The notes below the pieces were generated by a model. That model did no database searches. It saw only the letters and a program-made list of their open reading frames with translations, and was not told the origin of the DNA. From an uncultured cyanobacterium (GTDB lineage Bacteria; Cyanobacteriota; Cyanobacteriia; Cyanobacteriales; Nostocaceae): 64,000 nucleotides of DNA. The DNA is taken from the NCBI GenBank assembly GCA_963706595.1, contig OY970166.1, positions 4,384,001-4,448,000 of the forward strand. The letters are read 5' to 3'. Shown in pieces: positions 10,752-21,517 of this stretch. Every line of letters begins with the position of its first letter. The stretch's first letter is position 1. The position numbers were made by a program, and so were the translations under genes.

Positions 10752-11194
10752 CGTTGCGAGTAGTCATTGACACCAAAATTTGGATTCGCATTTTGCTAAA
10801 AGGACGAGTTACGTTGCCGATTTTGGAAGCATTTAATCAACACAAATTCCAGTTGGTAATGAGTCAACCTCTCATGGAAGAACTCCATCTTGTTTGGAAT
10901 CGCCCCCGTTTAAGAAAGCGGATTGATCCGAGTCAGGCAATGCGCCTGGAACAACAATTGCAGTACCGCTCATTATGGGTTGAATTGAAAACTATTCCGC
11001 CTCATTGTCGAGATCCTAAAGATTTACCTGTGTTGGCAACAGCTATTGATGGCGAAGCGAAAATTATCGTATCTGGAGATGATGACTTGCGGGCTGATGA
11101 TGACTTGAGAGCGCTAATGGGAAGCTATAGTATTCAGTTACTGGGCGTTAATTCTTTCCTGAAATATTTGGATGAAAGTGGTGAGTCAGGATGA
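10748..11194 (+). CDS. PIN-domain toxin
   Basis: RVVIDT(K), CRDPKD and IVSGDDDL motifs. Confidence 0.85.
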   Translation: MTLRVVIDTKIWIRILLKGRVTLPILEAFNQHKFQLVMSQPLMEELHLVWNRPRLRKRIDPSQAMRLEQQLQYRSLWVELKTIPPHCRDPKDLPVLATAIDGEAKIIVSGDDDLRADDDLRALMGSYSIQLLGVNSFLKYLDESGESG

Positions 11195-11241
11195 TCTCTC
11201 TACTAATGTGCCGGGCTTTTTCTATTTTCATCGATACCTTT

Positions 11242-11577
11242 ATGACTATCAAAAAACTCCTTTTCCAAGAAATTGAATCTTCCCCAGACTCTCTTCTAGA
11301 AGAAACACTAGACTTTTTGCGCTTTCTCAAGACTAAGCAAGAAGCAGACAAAAAAGATATACCTGTCTCACCAATTAAATCAGAAGATACCCAGCGACTA
11401 CCAGAATCCAATTCAACAGAAAATTCTCAATTACCCTACCGTCCAGCTTCCGGGCGTTCCATTTTGAGACACGCGGGAACCTGGGAAGGCGATGATTTTC
11501 AAGAGTGTCTTCAGTCGGTTTACGCTACTCGTGGTAAAGCCAAATTCGATTATGACTTAAATCCTTTTGAGTCATGA
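11242..11577 (+). CDS. putative antitoxin (DUF2281-like)
   Basis: [11 protein letters not shown] and AGTWEGDD; overlaps the vapC start (ATGA). Confidence 0.65.
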   Translation: MTIKKLLFQEIESSPDSLLEETLDFLRFLKTKQEADKKDIPVSPIKSEDTQRLPESNSTENSQLPYRPASGRSILRHAGTWEGDDFQECLQSVYATRGKAKFDYDLNPFES

Positions 11578-12016
11578 ATCTATTAGATACCAACCACTGT
11601 AGTGCTATCATCCTCGGCGAACCAAACGTGATTCGTCGAATAGCTGAGGTAGGAGAATTAAATATTGCTACCTGCGTAATTGTGCAGGGAGAACTTACAT
11701 ACATGATGGAAAATTCTGCCAAGAGAGAAACTAATCTCGCTCGGTTGAAAGAATTTCTCGCAGATATACGCATCTACAGCGTTACAGAGGACACTGCTAG
11801 CATTTATGGTCAACTCAAAGCGGCCTTAATGAGACAATTTGGCCCAAAGACAAAAGCAAACGCAGAAAAACTCAAATAACAGACCTGGGTTTTGATGAAA
11901 ATGACCTCTGGATTGCTGCTCTGGCTCTACAGTATAGTTTTACTGTTGTATCTGCCGATAGCGACTTTCAGCGAATTATACAGGTAATAGCATTATCTGT
12001 TGAATCTTGGCTATAA
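11574..12016 (+). pseudogene. vapC: VapC PIN toxin with a 1-nt frameshift at ~11846 (pseudogene or sequence error)
   Basis: LLDTN N-terminus; the shifted frame continues ...GFDENDLWIAALALQYSFTVVSADSDF...ESWL*; one extra A gives 147 aa. Confidence 0.8.
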
Positions 12017-12188
12017 ATATTACTTTTTATCACAATATCTGCTGGCAACTATTCAAAATATTATCAATAGAAAAAATGATCGCACAACTCTAACTTACAC
12101 CAAGTGCGATGGCACTTTGCGCCCGCCGGAGGCGATCGCCTGAATTAGCGGTATCATATTAAAGATTTAAGCGAAGGCAAAACGAGCC

Positions 12189-13472
12189 ATGAGCCAAACA
12201 TTTGTGTGGATAATTTTTCCTATTAGCCTACTCATTCTCGTTACTTTCATAGTTCTCTATTTCCGAGGGGTATTCCGTTCTCGAATTTTCTACAAAATTA
12301 AGAATTTACCCTCACCAACCACAGCTAACTTTCCTGTCACCATAGCTAGTCTGTCAGATTCCTTTATCACTCAGGGTAAAAGTACCGGATTTTGTCGGGA
12401 AGCGACAGATATTTTTGCGGCGCGACTGGAAGTAATCAATAGTGCTTGTAAATCTATTCAGTTTGAAACATATATTATCACCCCCGGAAAACGTGCTGAT
12501 GATTTTGCTCAAGCTTTAATCAAAAAAGCCCAAGCAGGTGTTATCGTCCAAGTAATTGCTGATACTTATGGCGCAAAAACTATACCTAATAAATACTGGC
12601 ATACACTCAAAGCCGCAGGGGTGGAAGTGCTGCTGTTCAATCCTTTGACTTGGAGAGATCCCGCCGCTAACCTCAGACGCAACCATCGTAAGTTACTGAT
12701 AGTAGACGGAGAAACAGTCCTGATTGGGGGCGCTGGAGTTTCTGACTTGTGGGATGGAAAGGACGAAACTGAAAATAAGCAACCTTGGTTAGATTATGAG
12801 GTTAGTTTTCAAGGTTCCTTAGTGACTCGTTTCCAAGGTATTTTTCTCCAACACTGGCTAGAAGCGGGTGGCTCATTAGATTGGAACTCGGCGAGTAGTT
12901 CTCAGCGTCACGAACAAGAGGAAACCTTATTAATTACCAAGGGAGAAGATCCCACTCAGAAAGATTCGGGAATTCGCGCTCTGTTTGAATCATTACTACA
13001 AGCTGCGAGAAAGCGGATTTGGATCGCTAGCCCCTATTTTTTACCTAATCCCAATTCCTGCAAAATATTACAGCAAGCAAAATCCAGAGGAATTGAGATC
13101 AAAATTTTGACAATGGGAGTGCATAATGATAAACCGCCAGTCCGCTATGCTTCTCGGCGATTGTACCCAAAACTGTTAAAAGCGGGTATTGAAATCTATG
13201 AATATCAGCCTAGCATGATGCACGCCAAGTGCTTATTAATAGATGATGATTGGGTCAGTTTGGGTAGTGCTAATCTTGACTCCCGCAGCTTATTTCATAA
13301 TGACGAGTTAAATATTTCTACAAGCGATCGCTATTTATTCCCGCAGATGGAGCAATTTTTTCTCGATGGTTTTGCCAAGAGTCGGCTGGTTTGCAACAGA
13401 GATTTACGCCATCGTTCCTTGCAGGAGCATTTAATTGGAAGTTTGACGCTGTTGTTTCGCTGGTATTTGTGA
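12189..13472 (+). CDS. cardiolipin synthase / phospholipase D family
   Basis: Two HKD motifs (HRKLLIVDG, HAKCLLIDD), ASPYF, GSANLD and an N-terminal TM. Confidence 0.88.
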   Translation: MSQTFVWIIFPISLLILVTFIVLYFRGVFRSRIFYKIKNLPSPTTANFPVTIASLSDSFITQGKSTGFCREATDIFAARLEVINSACKSIQFETYIITPGKRADDFAQALIKKAQAGVIVQVIADTYGAKTIPNKYWHTLKAAGVEVLLFNPLTWRDPAANLRRNHRKLLIVDGETVLIGGAGVSDLWDGKDETENKQPWLDYEVSFQGSLVTRFQGIFLQHWLEAGGSLDWNSASSSQRHEQEETLLITKGEDPTQKDSGIRALFESLLQAARKRIWIASPYFLPNPNSCKILQQAKSRGIEIKILTMGVHNDKPPVRYASRRLYPKLLKAGIEIYEYQPSMMHAKCLLIDDDWVSLGSANLDSRSLFHNDELNISTSDRYLFPQMEQFFLDGFAKSRLVCNRDLRHRSLQEHLIGSLTLLFRWYL

Positions 13473-13592
13473 ATTTATCCTCAAAACCTCTAATTAGATA
13501 GATATAGATATTAGTCTGTAGATAGATTAAAATTAGCACTATTTTATCACAAAATAACGGAGTGATAGCTTTTTTTGGTGTTTAGATATATT

Positions 13593-14201
13593 ATGCAATC
13601 AAAACCTTTAATCTTACAAAAAATCATCCCTTTATCTTTAATTGTGCTTCTTCTTCCCTTGGCATCCTGTCAAGTAGAGCGAGAACAAGCAGGTCGCTTA
13701 CCTGATGTGAATGTAGAACCCGGAAGGCTACCACAATATGATATTCAAGGACCCGATGTGAAGGTCGGAGTGGCAAAGCGCACGGTTACAGTACCCAAAG
13801 TAATCGTCATACAGGAAGAACAAACCGTTGAAGTTCCTTATATTGATGTTGATGTACCTGGAGCAGACAGAAAAGAGCGGACCATAACAACTGAAGTTGA
13901 GGTTCCTTCTAGTGGTTACAATCTGGAAATTCAAGGTATATATGCCCTAAACAATGAGCTTTGGGTGGTTTCTCAACTTGAAGAAGAAAATCCCAATGCA
14001 CCAAATACAAGAGTACGTGTTTCTGATCGCGTTGTTGTTAATAGTCCCGATATACCAGTACGTCACTACATTATTGGAGAGCGTCCTGTGGGTAGCTTTA
14101 ACGAACAGTACACATTTATTAATAGTCGTCAGCCAATTGCTTCAGAATTAGAGTCAGGACAACTGCTATATCAAAAGCCGGAAGAGACTGCTTTAAAATA
14201 A
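13593..14201 (+). CDS. hypothetical lipoprotein
   Basis: Hydrophobic signal peptide with LASC lipobox. Confidence 0.7.
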   Translation: MQSKPLILQKIIPLSLIVLLLPLASCQVEREQAGRLPDVNVEPGRLPQYDIQGPDVKVGVAKRTVTVPKVIVIQEEQTVEVPYIDVDVPGADRKERTITTEVEVPSSGYNLEIQGIYALNNELWVVSQLEEENPNAPNTRVRVSDRVVVNSPDIPVRHYIIGERPVGSFNEQYTFINSRQPIASELESGQLLYQKPEETALK

Positions 14202-14266
14202 ATCATCACCTAATTCATTGCACCAAATACAATTAATCGTAAAACTCTGAATAGTTTCCCACCTTA

Positions 14267-14377
14267 GTAGTGGCGTGACAAGCTTAAAGTAGTGCATTAG
14301 GAAAAAGCCGAAAACATTGATTTATCTGAATTTTCTCAAAAATCTATTGCAACATTTTAGCCTTGCCACGCTAGTAG
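14267..14377 (-). mobile_element. solo copy of the inverted-repeat element of the 24049-24829 array, flanked by GTAG direct repeats
   Basis: GTAG-TGGCGTGACAAG...CTTGCCACGCTA-GTAG; interior is the reverse complement of the array units. Confidence 0.85.
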
Positions 14378-14490
14378 GGTGCGTTATAAAGTCCATAACG
14401 CACCGAAAATCCAGGATGGTGCGTTAGCCCTACGGTTAATTTATATTTGTTCATAGAGATTAAATTCTTTTCGCCGCCTTGCTTACTCAA

Positions 14491-16887
14491 TCAGCATGAT
14501 TTATTACTTTCAACTTCAGCAACTCGGCGCTTCACTGCAATTACACTATCAGGGTTGAGGGAAATTGAATCAATCCCCGCTTCTACAAGAAAAGCCGCAA
14601 ATTCAGGATGATCACTGGGTGCTTGACCGCAGATACCCACCTTGCGATCGCTTTCATGAGCAGCTACGATTAAACGGCGAATCATTCCTTTGACTGCTGC
14701 GTTACTTTCATCAAATATATACGCCAATTCGGAGGAATCACGGTCTACTCCTAAAACTAGCTGGGTTAAATCATTACTACCAATAGAAAAGCCGTCAAAC
14801 CGTTGGGAAAACTCAGCAGCTAACTCAATATTTGAGGGAATTTCTGCCATTACATAAACTTGCAGTTTATTTTCGCCCCGCTTCAAGCCATTTTCTGCCA
14901 ATACTTGCAAAACCTGATCGGCTTCTTGGAGAGTGCGACAGAAAGGAATCATCATGATGATATTTGTAAATCCAATTTGTTCACGGGCGCGTTTCATAGC
15001 CCGACACTCTAAAGCAAATCCTTCACGGTAGCGATCGCTATAATAGCGAGATGCGCCCCGAAATCCTAACATCGGATTTGCTTCTTTTAACTCAAATTGT
15101 TTACCACCAATTAAATTAGCATACTCATTGGTTTTAAAATCGCTCATTCGCACAATCACAGGACGGGGATATTGAGAAGCGGCAATTTTTGCCATCCCCC
15201 GCGCCAAATGATCCACAAAATACTCGGTTTTATCTTGATAGCCGTAAGTTAAATTCTGAATCTGCTTACGTGTACCTCTATCTTTTAAATCATCAAAATG
15301 CACCAAAGCCATCGGGTGAATTTTAATAATATTATTGATAATAAATTCCATCCGCGCCAAACCAATACCATCACAAGGTAAACGCCACCAACGCAAAGCC
15401 GCCCCCGGACTGGCAATATTTAGCAATATCTGCGTTTTGGTGTGAGGGATATTTTCCACATTTACCTCAGTCTCCTCAAACTGCAAAATGTCCTTATAGA
15501 TATAGCCTTGGTCGCCCTCAGCGCAAGAAATCGTAATTTCCTGCTGATTTTGCAAAACTTCGGTTGCTTTATCCGTGCCGACAATCGCCGGAATTCCTAA
15601 CTCACGGCTGACAATCGCAGCGTGACAAGTTCTTCCACCGTGGTCTGTGACAATCCCGGCGGCGCGTGTCATTACTGGAACCCAGTCAGGGTCTGTCATC
15701 TGCGTGACGAGAATTGACCCATCTTGAAAATCTCGAATATCTTCGGCACTTTCAATGAGACATACTTTACCAGATGCGATCGCCTCGCCAATACTCAAGC
15801 CAGTCAGGATTTTCTCACCCTTTTCTTGCAAACTATAAGTCTTCAGAGAAGCAGCCACTTTTTGCCTTTGGACAGTTTCTGGACGCGCCTGGACAATAAA
15901 CAAATCACCCGTTTCGCCATCCTTCGCCCATTCCATATCCATCGGCTGGTTATAGTGGGTTTCAATCACAGTCGCCCAAGCAGCTAATTGTAAAATCTCC
16001 TGATCTGATAGCACAAAAGTTTGACGTTCTGCTGGAGATGTGTTAATGTTTTTAGTAGACTGAGTACCACCCTTGGCATAAACTAGCTTTTTCTGTTTAT
16101 CCCCCAAAGTTTTCTCAATCACAGGTTTAAAATTATCTTGATGTAGCAAAGGTTTAAACACCCGATACTCATCCGGTGTCACAGTTCCTTGGACAACATT
16201 TTCACCTAAACCCCAAGCCGCATCAATCAAAACAATATCTGGGAAACCCGTTTCCGTATCAATGGAAAACATCACCCCAGCACTGGCTTGATCAGAGCGT
16301 ACCATCTTTTGCACACCAATGGAAAGAGCCACTTTTGTATGCTCAAAACCTTGGGCTTCTCGGTAACTAATCGCTCTGTCTGTAAATAGTGAAGCGTAGC
16401 ATTTACGGCAGGCATCTAATAATTCTACTTCACCGGTGATATTTAGAAACGTTTCCTGCTGACCGGCAAAACTCGCTTGGGGTAAATCTTCGGCTGTGGC
16501 GCTGCTTCTCACAGCCACATCAACCTCATGGTTATGGTAGTTTTGACAAAGTTGATGATAAGCATCTTTAATCGCTGCGGCGATGTCTGCGGGAAATTCC
16601 GCCGCTAAAAATAACCGCCGGATAGACTTACCAACCTTATCTAAGGGAGTTTTACCGCTTTGCAGTTGTTCTAAATGAGACTGAATTTTCTCTGTGAGTT
16701 GATTTGCTGTTAAAAATTGCCAATAAGCATCGGCGGTAGTAGCGAAACCATCAGGAACGCGAATACCTTTATCTTTGAGACTGGCTATCATTTCTCCCAA
16801 AGAGGCATTTTTACCGCCGACAATGGCGACATCATCGGATTTGAGAGTTTCAAACCAACGTATATGAGAGTTTTGCGGAGTTGACAT
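14491..16887 (-). CDS. ppsA: phosphoenolpyruvate synthase
   Basis: GGKNASLGE, VAVRSSATAED, GGRTCHAAIVSRELG and SIGSNDLTQ. Confidence 0.96.
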   Translation of the reverse strand: MSTPQNSHIRWFETLKSDDVAIVGGKNASLGEMIASLKDKGIRVPDGFATTADAYWQFLTANQLTEKIQSHLEQLQSGKTPLDKVGKSIRRLFLAAEFPADIAAAIKDAYHQLCQNYHNHEVDVAVRSSATAEDLPQASFAGQQETFLNITGEVELLDACRKCYASLFTDRAISYREAQGFEHTKVALSIGVQKMVRSDQASAGVMFSIDTETGFPDIVLIDAAWGLGENVVQGTVTPDEYRVFKPLLHQDNFKPVIEKTLGDKQKKLVYAKGGTQSTKNINTSPAERQTFVLSDQEILQLAAWATVIETHYNQPMDMEWAKDGETGDLFIVQARPETVQRQKVAASLKTYSLQEKGEKILTGLSIGEAIASGKVCLIESAEDIRDFQDGSILVTQMTDPDWVPVMTRAAGIVTDHGGRTCHAAIVSRELGIPAIVGTDKATEVLQNQQEITISCAEGDQGYIYKDILQFEETEVNVENIPHTKTQILLNIASPGAALRWWRLPCDGIGLARMEFIINNIIKIHPMALVHFDDLKDRGTRKQIQNLTYGYQDKTEYFVDHLARGMAKIAASQYPRPVIVRMSDFKTNEYANLIGGKQFELKEANPMLGFRGASRYYSDRYREGFALECRAMKRAREQIGFTNIIMMIPFCRTLQEADQVLQVLAENGLKRGENKLQVYVMAEIPSNIELAAEFSQRFDGFSIGSNDLTQLVLGVDRDSSELAYIFDESNAAVKGMIRRLIVAAHESDRKVGICGQAPSDHPEFAAFLVEAGIDSISLNPDSVIAVKRRVAEVESNKSC

Positions 16888-16987
16888 AGGTTTTTTTTAA
16901 ACGCAAAGGTACGCGGAGGTTAACGCAAAGGTACGCAGAGATTTCTTTCTTCTCTTCCTTGGCGTTCTTGGCGACTTGGCGGTTCGT

Positions 16988-18004
16988 TTAAACAGTTTGC
17001 AGAGGTCGAGAGATTTTCGCCATTTTTTGGGCTTGTCGAACCATTTGACTGGCGTAACCCCATTCATTGTCATACCAACTCATGATTTTTACTAAGTCGC
17101 CATCGACAACTTGAGTCATGCTTAAATCGACTATGGAGGCGCGCGAATCTTGGATGATATCAGATGAAACTATCGGATCTTCGCAGACACCTAAAATACC
17201 TTGGTATCGTTGGTTATTGGTTTCTTCTCTAAAAATATTGTTGATTTCTTCGACAGTGGTTGGTCTTTCGGTGACAAAGGTGATATCTGCAATGGAACCG
17301 ACTGTTACAGGAACCCGTATCGCCGCGCCATCAAACTTGTTTGCGTATTGGGTGAGAACTTGAGCAGTGGCGATCGCAGCCCCGGTTGTAGTTGGTACTA
17401 TATTAGCAGCCGCAGCTCTACCCCTAGTAAACTTCTTATGCGGTCTATCTACTAATTCTTGAGTGGAAGTATAGGCGTGAACTGTGGTCATAATCGCCTT
17501 TTTTACTCCGATTTTTCTGCCCATCACTTCGACTACAGGAGTAATGCAATTAGTGGTACAACTGGCACAAGAAACCATCCGCTCTGATTCCGGGATTTCG
17601 TTAACGCCGTACACAATTGTCTGAATACCTTCACTCTTGGGTGGAGCCGATAAGATCACGTTTTTAGCTCCGGCTTGCAGATGTTTTTTTAATTCTTGTT
17701 TCTTCGTGAATCTTCCTGCACATTCAAAAACGATATCAATATCTAAATCACGCCAAGGCAGGTTAATTGGGTCTTGCTCGTTAAATACTGGATATTTTTT
17801 ACAACTAATTATTAAATTATTACTATTGCTTTCTACAGGTTTTTCATATCTACCATAAACAGTATCATATTTCAATAAATAAGCCAAGTTATCTGGGGGG
17901 ATGATCTCGTTTATAGCTACTAATTCTAATTCGCTAGTATTCAGGACAATCTTTAAAACTGCTCTGCCAATTCTACCTAATCCATTAATTGCTACTCTTG
18001 TCAT
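16988..18004 (-). CDS. gap: type I glyceraldehyde-3-phosphate dehydrogenase
   Basis: INGLGRIGR, ASCTTNC and SWYDNEWGY. Confidence 0.95.
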   Translation of the reverse strand: MTRVAINGLGRIGRAVLKIVLNTSELELVAINEIIPPDNLAYLLKYDTVYGRYEKPVESNSNNLIISCKKYPVFNEQDPINLPWRDLDIDIVFECAGRFTKKQELKKHLQAGAKNVILSAPPKSEGIQTIVYGVNEIPESERMVSCASCTTNCITPVVEVMGRKIGVKKAIMTTVHAYTSTQELVDRPHKKFTRGRAAAANIVPTTTGAAIATAQVLTQYANKFDGAAIRVPVTVGSIADITFVTERPTTVEEINNIFREETNNQRYQGILGVCEDPIVSSDIIQDSRASIVDLSMTQVVDGDLVKIMSWYDNEWGYASQMVRQAQKMAKISRPLQTV

Positions 18005-18131
18005 AATTTACCTGCTTTTGGAATTAATGAATGTTATTTTTTATGAGGAAGGAAATCAGGCAATTTAGCGATATGATTCAATCAGGAAGGCGGGCAGGAT
18101 GCCCACCCCACAATATGGCTAAAATCTTCAC

Positions 18132-18365
18132 CTAATGGGCTACAAGTTGCTCGGTGCGCTGTGCTAATAGCTGCTTGGCTCGCTCTGCTGTATTCTGGTT
18201 TTGCTTTTTCACGTCTTGGAAGAATTGAGTTAAATCGCGATCGCCTGCTTGTTGGGCATCGTTAAGATATGTTTCACAGCAAGCACAACATTGCAAAGCG
18301 TGGTATAATACACTAATCAAATTAAAGTGTTCGTCGCTTGTTCCAGTATGATATTTGTCAGGCAT
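18132..18365 (-). CDS. small helical hypothetical protein with a CCACC motif
   Basis: 77 aa, AGGAG RBS upstream, co-oriented between tkt and gap. Confidence 0.75.
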   Translation of the reverse strand: MPDKYHTGTSDEHFNLISVLYHALQCCACCETYLNDAQQAGDRDLTQFFQDVKKQNQNTAERAKQLLAQRTEQLVAH

Positions 18366-18453
18366 TGTCTTGACTCCTGGTGACAGTAGTTTCTAAGGTA
18401 ACTGTGTCTTTTGCAATTAACTCCTACCAGAGGAAATAATTAGACATTAATGC

Positions 18454-20343
18454 TCATACTCCTACTGGCTGTCTAACTTGCGATTTCACAGCTTCTACAA
18501 TGGCATCCGCATCAATTTTGGCAGCATGAAGTAGTTCTTCTGGTGTCCCTGAACTCGGCATATCTCGTACCGCTAATTTAATTAATTGCAGTTGGGGACC
18601 ATCATAAATGGGTGTATTGCTAGTACCTGCAAAGGCATCCAGTACCGCCGCACCGAGTCCGCCTTCTATCCAATGGTCTTCTACAACGACTAAATTTCCT
18701 TCTGTATCCCGTGCGGCTTGATGCAATGTCTGCACATCAATGGGTTTGACTGAGTACGCATCGATGACGCGGACTGTGATTCCTTCGTCTTTCAGTCTGT
18801 CGTAAGCCTTAATGGCTTCATGGAGAGTAATACCTGCACCAATTACCGCCGCTTGATCTTGGTCAGAACTGCGAATGATTTTGCTACCACCAATGGGAAA
18901 TTCTTCCTGAGCATCATAGATGATATCTGTTTTTTCTCTGGTTGTGCGAAGATAAACAATACCATTGCGATCGCTCATTTGGGCAACTAATTTCGCTGTC
19001 TGATTGGCATCACTGGGATACAGTACAGTACTACTCCACACAGCGCGAAATGCGGCTAAATCTTCCAAACCCATCTGTGAAGCACCATCCTGTCCAATGG
19101 ATACTCCAGCATGAGAACCCACTAATTTAATATTGGCACGAGAGACAGCCGCCATCCGTACAAAGTCGTAAGCACGAGTGAAGAAAGCCGCGAAAGTAGA
19201 AGCGAAGGGTTTGTATTCTCGCACCTGTAAACCCACCGCAGCTGCTACCATTTGCTGTTCAGCAATGTACATTTCAAAGTAGCGCTCAGGGTAAGCTTCG
19301 GCAAAATCTTCGGCGTAAGTGGAATTACTCACCTCTGCATCAAGGGCAATGACATTGGGTTGTGCAGCACCTAATGCAACTAAAGCATCACCATAAGCGC
19401 GTCGTGTTGCGACTTTTGCACCTTTGTTGTACGTAGGTAGTTGCAATGGTTGAGCATTCCCAATACTTGCTGGTTGTCCTTGGTCGTCAGGTGTATCCAC
19501 TGAAATTATAATCTGTCTTTCACCACCTAACTCAGCGATCGCTCGTTTCGCATCCTCAGATTCCAGGGCTTTACCATGCCAACCACCCAAATCTTCTAGA
19601 GAAGCGACACCTTTACCTTTCTTCGTGCGGGCGATAATCACTGTGGGGCGATCGTTAACAGCCACAGCAGCGCTATATGCTTGATCTATCTCGGTTAAAT
19701 CATGACCATCAATTTCAATGGCTTGCCAACCAAAGGCTGTAGCACGTTTAGCATAGGCTTTTGTATTCCAACCCAATTCAGTTTGACCCCGTTGACCGAG
19801 GCGATTAACATCGATAATGGCAATTAAATTATCTAAGGTATAGTGTGCAGCATGATCGAAAGCTTCCCAAACTGAGCCTTCGGCGGTTTCACTATCACCC
19901 AGCAGCACCCAGGTATGATAAGGTAATTGGTCTAAATATTTACCTGCTAAAGCTATCCCCACACCAATGGGTAAACCTTGTCCTAAAGAACCGGTGGCGA
20001 CATCAACCCAAGGTAAAAGCGGTGTGGGATGACCTTCTAAACGACTACCAAAATGACGAAGCGATCGCAATTCGTCATCGTTGATTACACCTGCTGCTTT
20101 ATACATACTATATAATAGTGGTGCAGCATGACCTTTAGAGAGAATCAAGCGATCGTTATTGGGGTTATCTGGATTATTGAAATCATAGCGGATATACTTA
20201 GAGAGTAAAACCGCCATCAAATCAGCCGGCGACATAGACGAGGTAGGATGACCCGAACCCGCAACGGTAGTAGTGCGAATACTATCTACGCGTAACTGTT
20301 GCGCTAATTCATGCCATCTGTGCAGTTGCTCCTGTGTAGTCAT
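18454..20343 (-). CDS. tkt: transketolase (short ~630-aa type)
   Basis: SGHPTSS, LSKGHA, TGSLGQG, GDSE TPP motif, IAEQQM and GQDGASQM. Confidence 0.93.
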   Translation of the reverse strand: MTTQEQLHRWHELAQQLRVDSIRTTTVAGSGHPTSSMSPADLMAVLLSKYIRYDFNNPDNPNNDRLILSKGHAAPLLYSMYKAAGVINDDELRSLRHFGSRLEGHPTPLLPWVDVATGSLGQGLPIGVGIALAGKYLDQLPYHTWVLLGDSETAEGSVWEAFDHAAHYTLDNLIAIIDVNRLGQRGQTELGWNTKAYAKRATAFGWQAIEIDGHDLTEIDQAYSAAVAVNDRPTVIIARTKKGKGVASLEDLGGWHGKALESEDAKRAIAELGGERQIIISVDTPDDQGQPASIGNAQPLQLPTYNKGAKVATRRAYGDALVALGAAQPNVIALDAEVSNSTYAEDFAEAYPERYFEMYIAEQQMVAAAVGLQVREYKPFASTFAAFFTRAYDFVRMAAVSRANIKLVGSHAGVSIGQDGASQMGLEDLAAFRAVWSSTVLYPSDANQTAKLVAQMSDRNGIVYLRTTREKTDIIYDAQEEFPIGGSKIIRSSDQDQAAVIGAGITLHEAIKAYDRLKDEGITVRVIDAYSVKPIDVQTLHQAARDTEGNLVVVEDHWIEGGLGAAVLDAFAGTSNTPIYDGPQLQLIKLAVRDMPSSGTPEELLHAAKIDADAIVEAVKSQVRQPVGV

Positions 20344-20875
20344 AATACTTTTCCTAAATGAAAATACAGGTAATTTATAAAATTCGGCAATTTTTTTGGC
20401 TAAGTTGAGCTATTTACCCGGATAAATTCCCACTATGCTCTATCCCCAAACAAAGATTTTCATGTTTAATTTTGTTATGAGTAATAACTAGCCAATAACC
20501 AAAATTGCTCAGAAAGTTATTTATGTCTTCCTGGGTTCACTTTAGAGAGTAGGAGTTATAATAACTTCTTTCTAATGGAATAACTACCCTTTCTTTCTTA
20601 GGGTATATATAGCTAATTCCAGTATTTATGTATTTTTATAAAGCATAAATTTTAGATAATTAAAGAGTTATAATTGTGCTTACCAATGACTAAATCTGAA
20701 TGTGGGTGAAAAAGTCCGCCTGTATATCAAGGTTGCTCAGGAATATGAATTAAATAACATCCAAATTCTGGTTTTTGACCAAAGAAAAAAAGGAGACAAG
20801 CCCCTAAATTTATTTATGGAGAATAAAAAAGTGAAACAACATTAATTCAAGCCCACGGATAAATCCGGGGGGTAT

Positions 20876-20992
20876 TTAATTTTGAATTTTGAATTTTGAA
20901 TTCGGAGCGCAGCGACGTGACCTCACCTCGCCTTTAACGTGCGTCAAATTCTCCCCTCTCCTTAGTAAGGAGAGGGGTTGGGGGTGAGGTTC
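20876..20992. repeat. STRR (TTTTGAA)n plus a CCCCTCTCC...GGAGAGGGG REP-like hairpin
   Basis: Directly visible; similar hairpins at ~56047-56085 and ~62185-62222. Confidence 0.65.
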
Positions 20993-21030
20993 TGTATTTT
21001 ATTAAATCCGCATTCCTAATGCAAAATAAT

Positions 21031-21501
21031 TCATCCATTCGCTAATAATTTTTCCATGACAAAATTGATTAATTTTTGCCCTCTTCGTTCTACTTCTTGT
21101 TTTTTCACAACCATAAAATTCTTTCTTGCAAAAAAAGGTTTAGCTGTAATACTGGCTTCTACAAATAACTTTTTAATTTCTAAACCTCTGGCTGTTAATT
21201 CAATTTCCTCTAAGATTTTAGTCCCAACTCCTTGCCCTTGAAAATCTTTATGGCAATAAAAGCGGTCAATGTGTCCATTTGCCTCTAGTTCCCCAAAACC
21301 CATAATTTTACCATCCTCTTCCGCGACATAAGTAAACTTACTTTTTAAGCTGTTCATCCAAACTTCAACATCCATATTTACTGAGGTCCAAGCATCGATT
21401 TGTTCTTTGGTATAATCACGAATATTCACTCCCTGAATAGTGTCATAGAACAACTGCATAATTGCTTCCGTATCACCTATTTCGTATCTTCGTACTTTCA
21501 T
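21031..21501 (-). CDS. GNAT family N-acetyltransferase (YafP-like)
   Basis: FQGQGVG acetyl-CoA motif and EASITAKPFF. Confidence 0.88.
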   Translation of the reverse strand: MKVRRYEIGDTEAIMQLFYDTIQGVNIRDYTKEQIDAWTSVNMDVEVWMNSLKSKFTYVAEEDGKIMGFGELEANGHIDRFYCHKDFQGQGVGTKILEEIELTARGLEIKKLFVEASITAKPFFARKNFMVVKKQEVERRGQKLINFVMEKLLANG

Positions 21502-21517
21502 AATTAATGTATATTTT

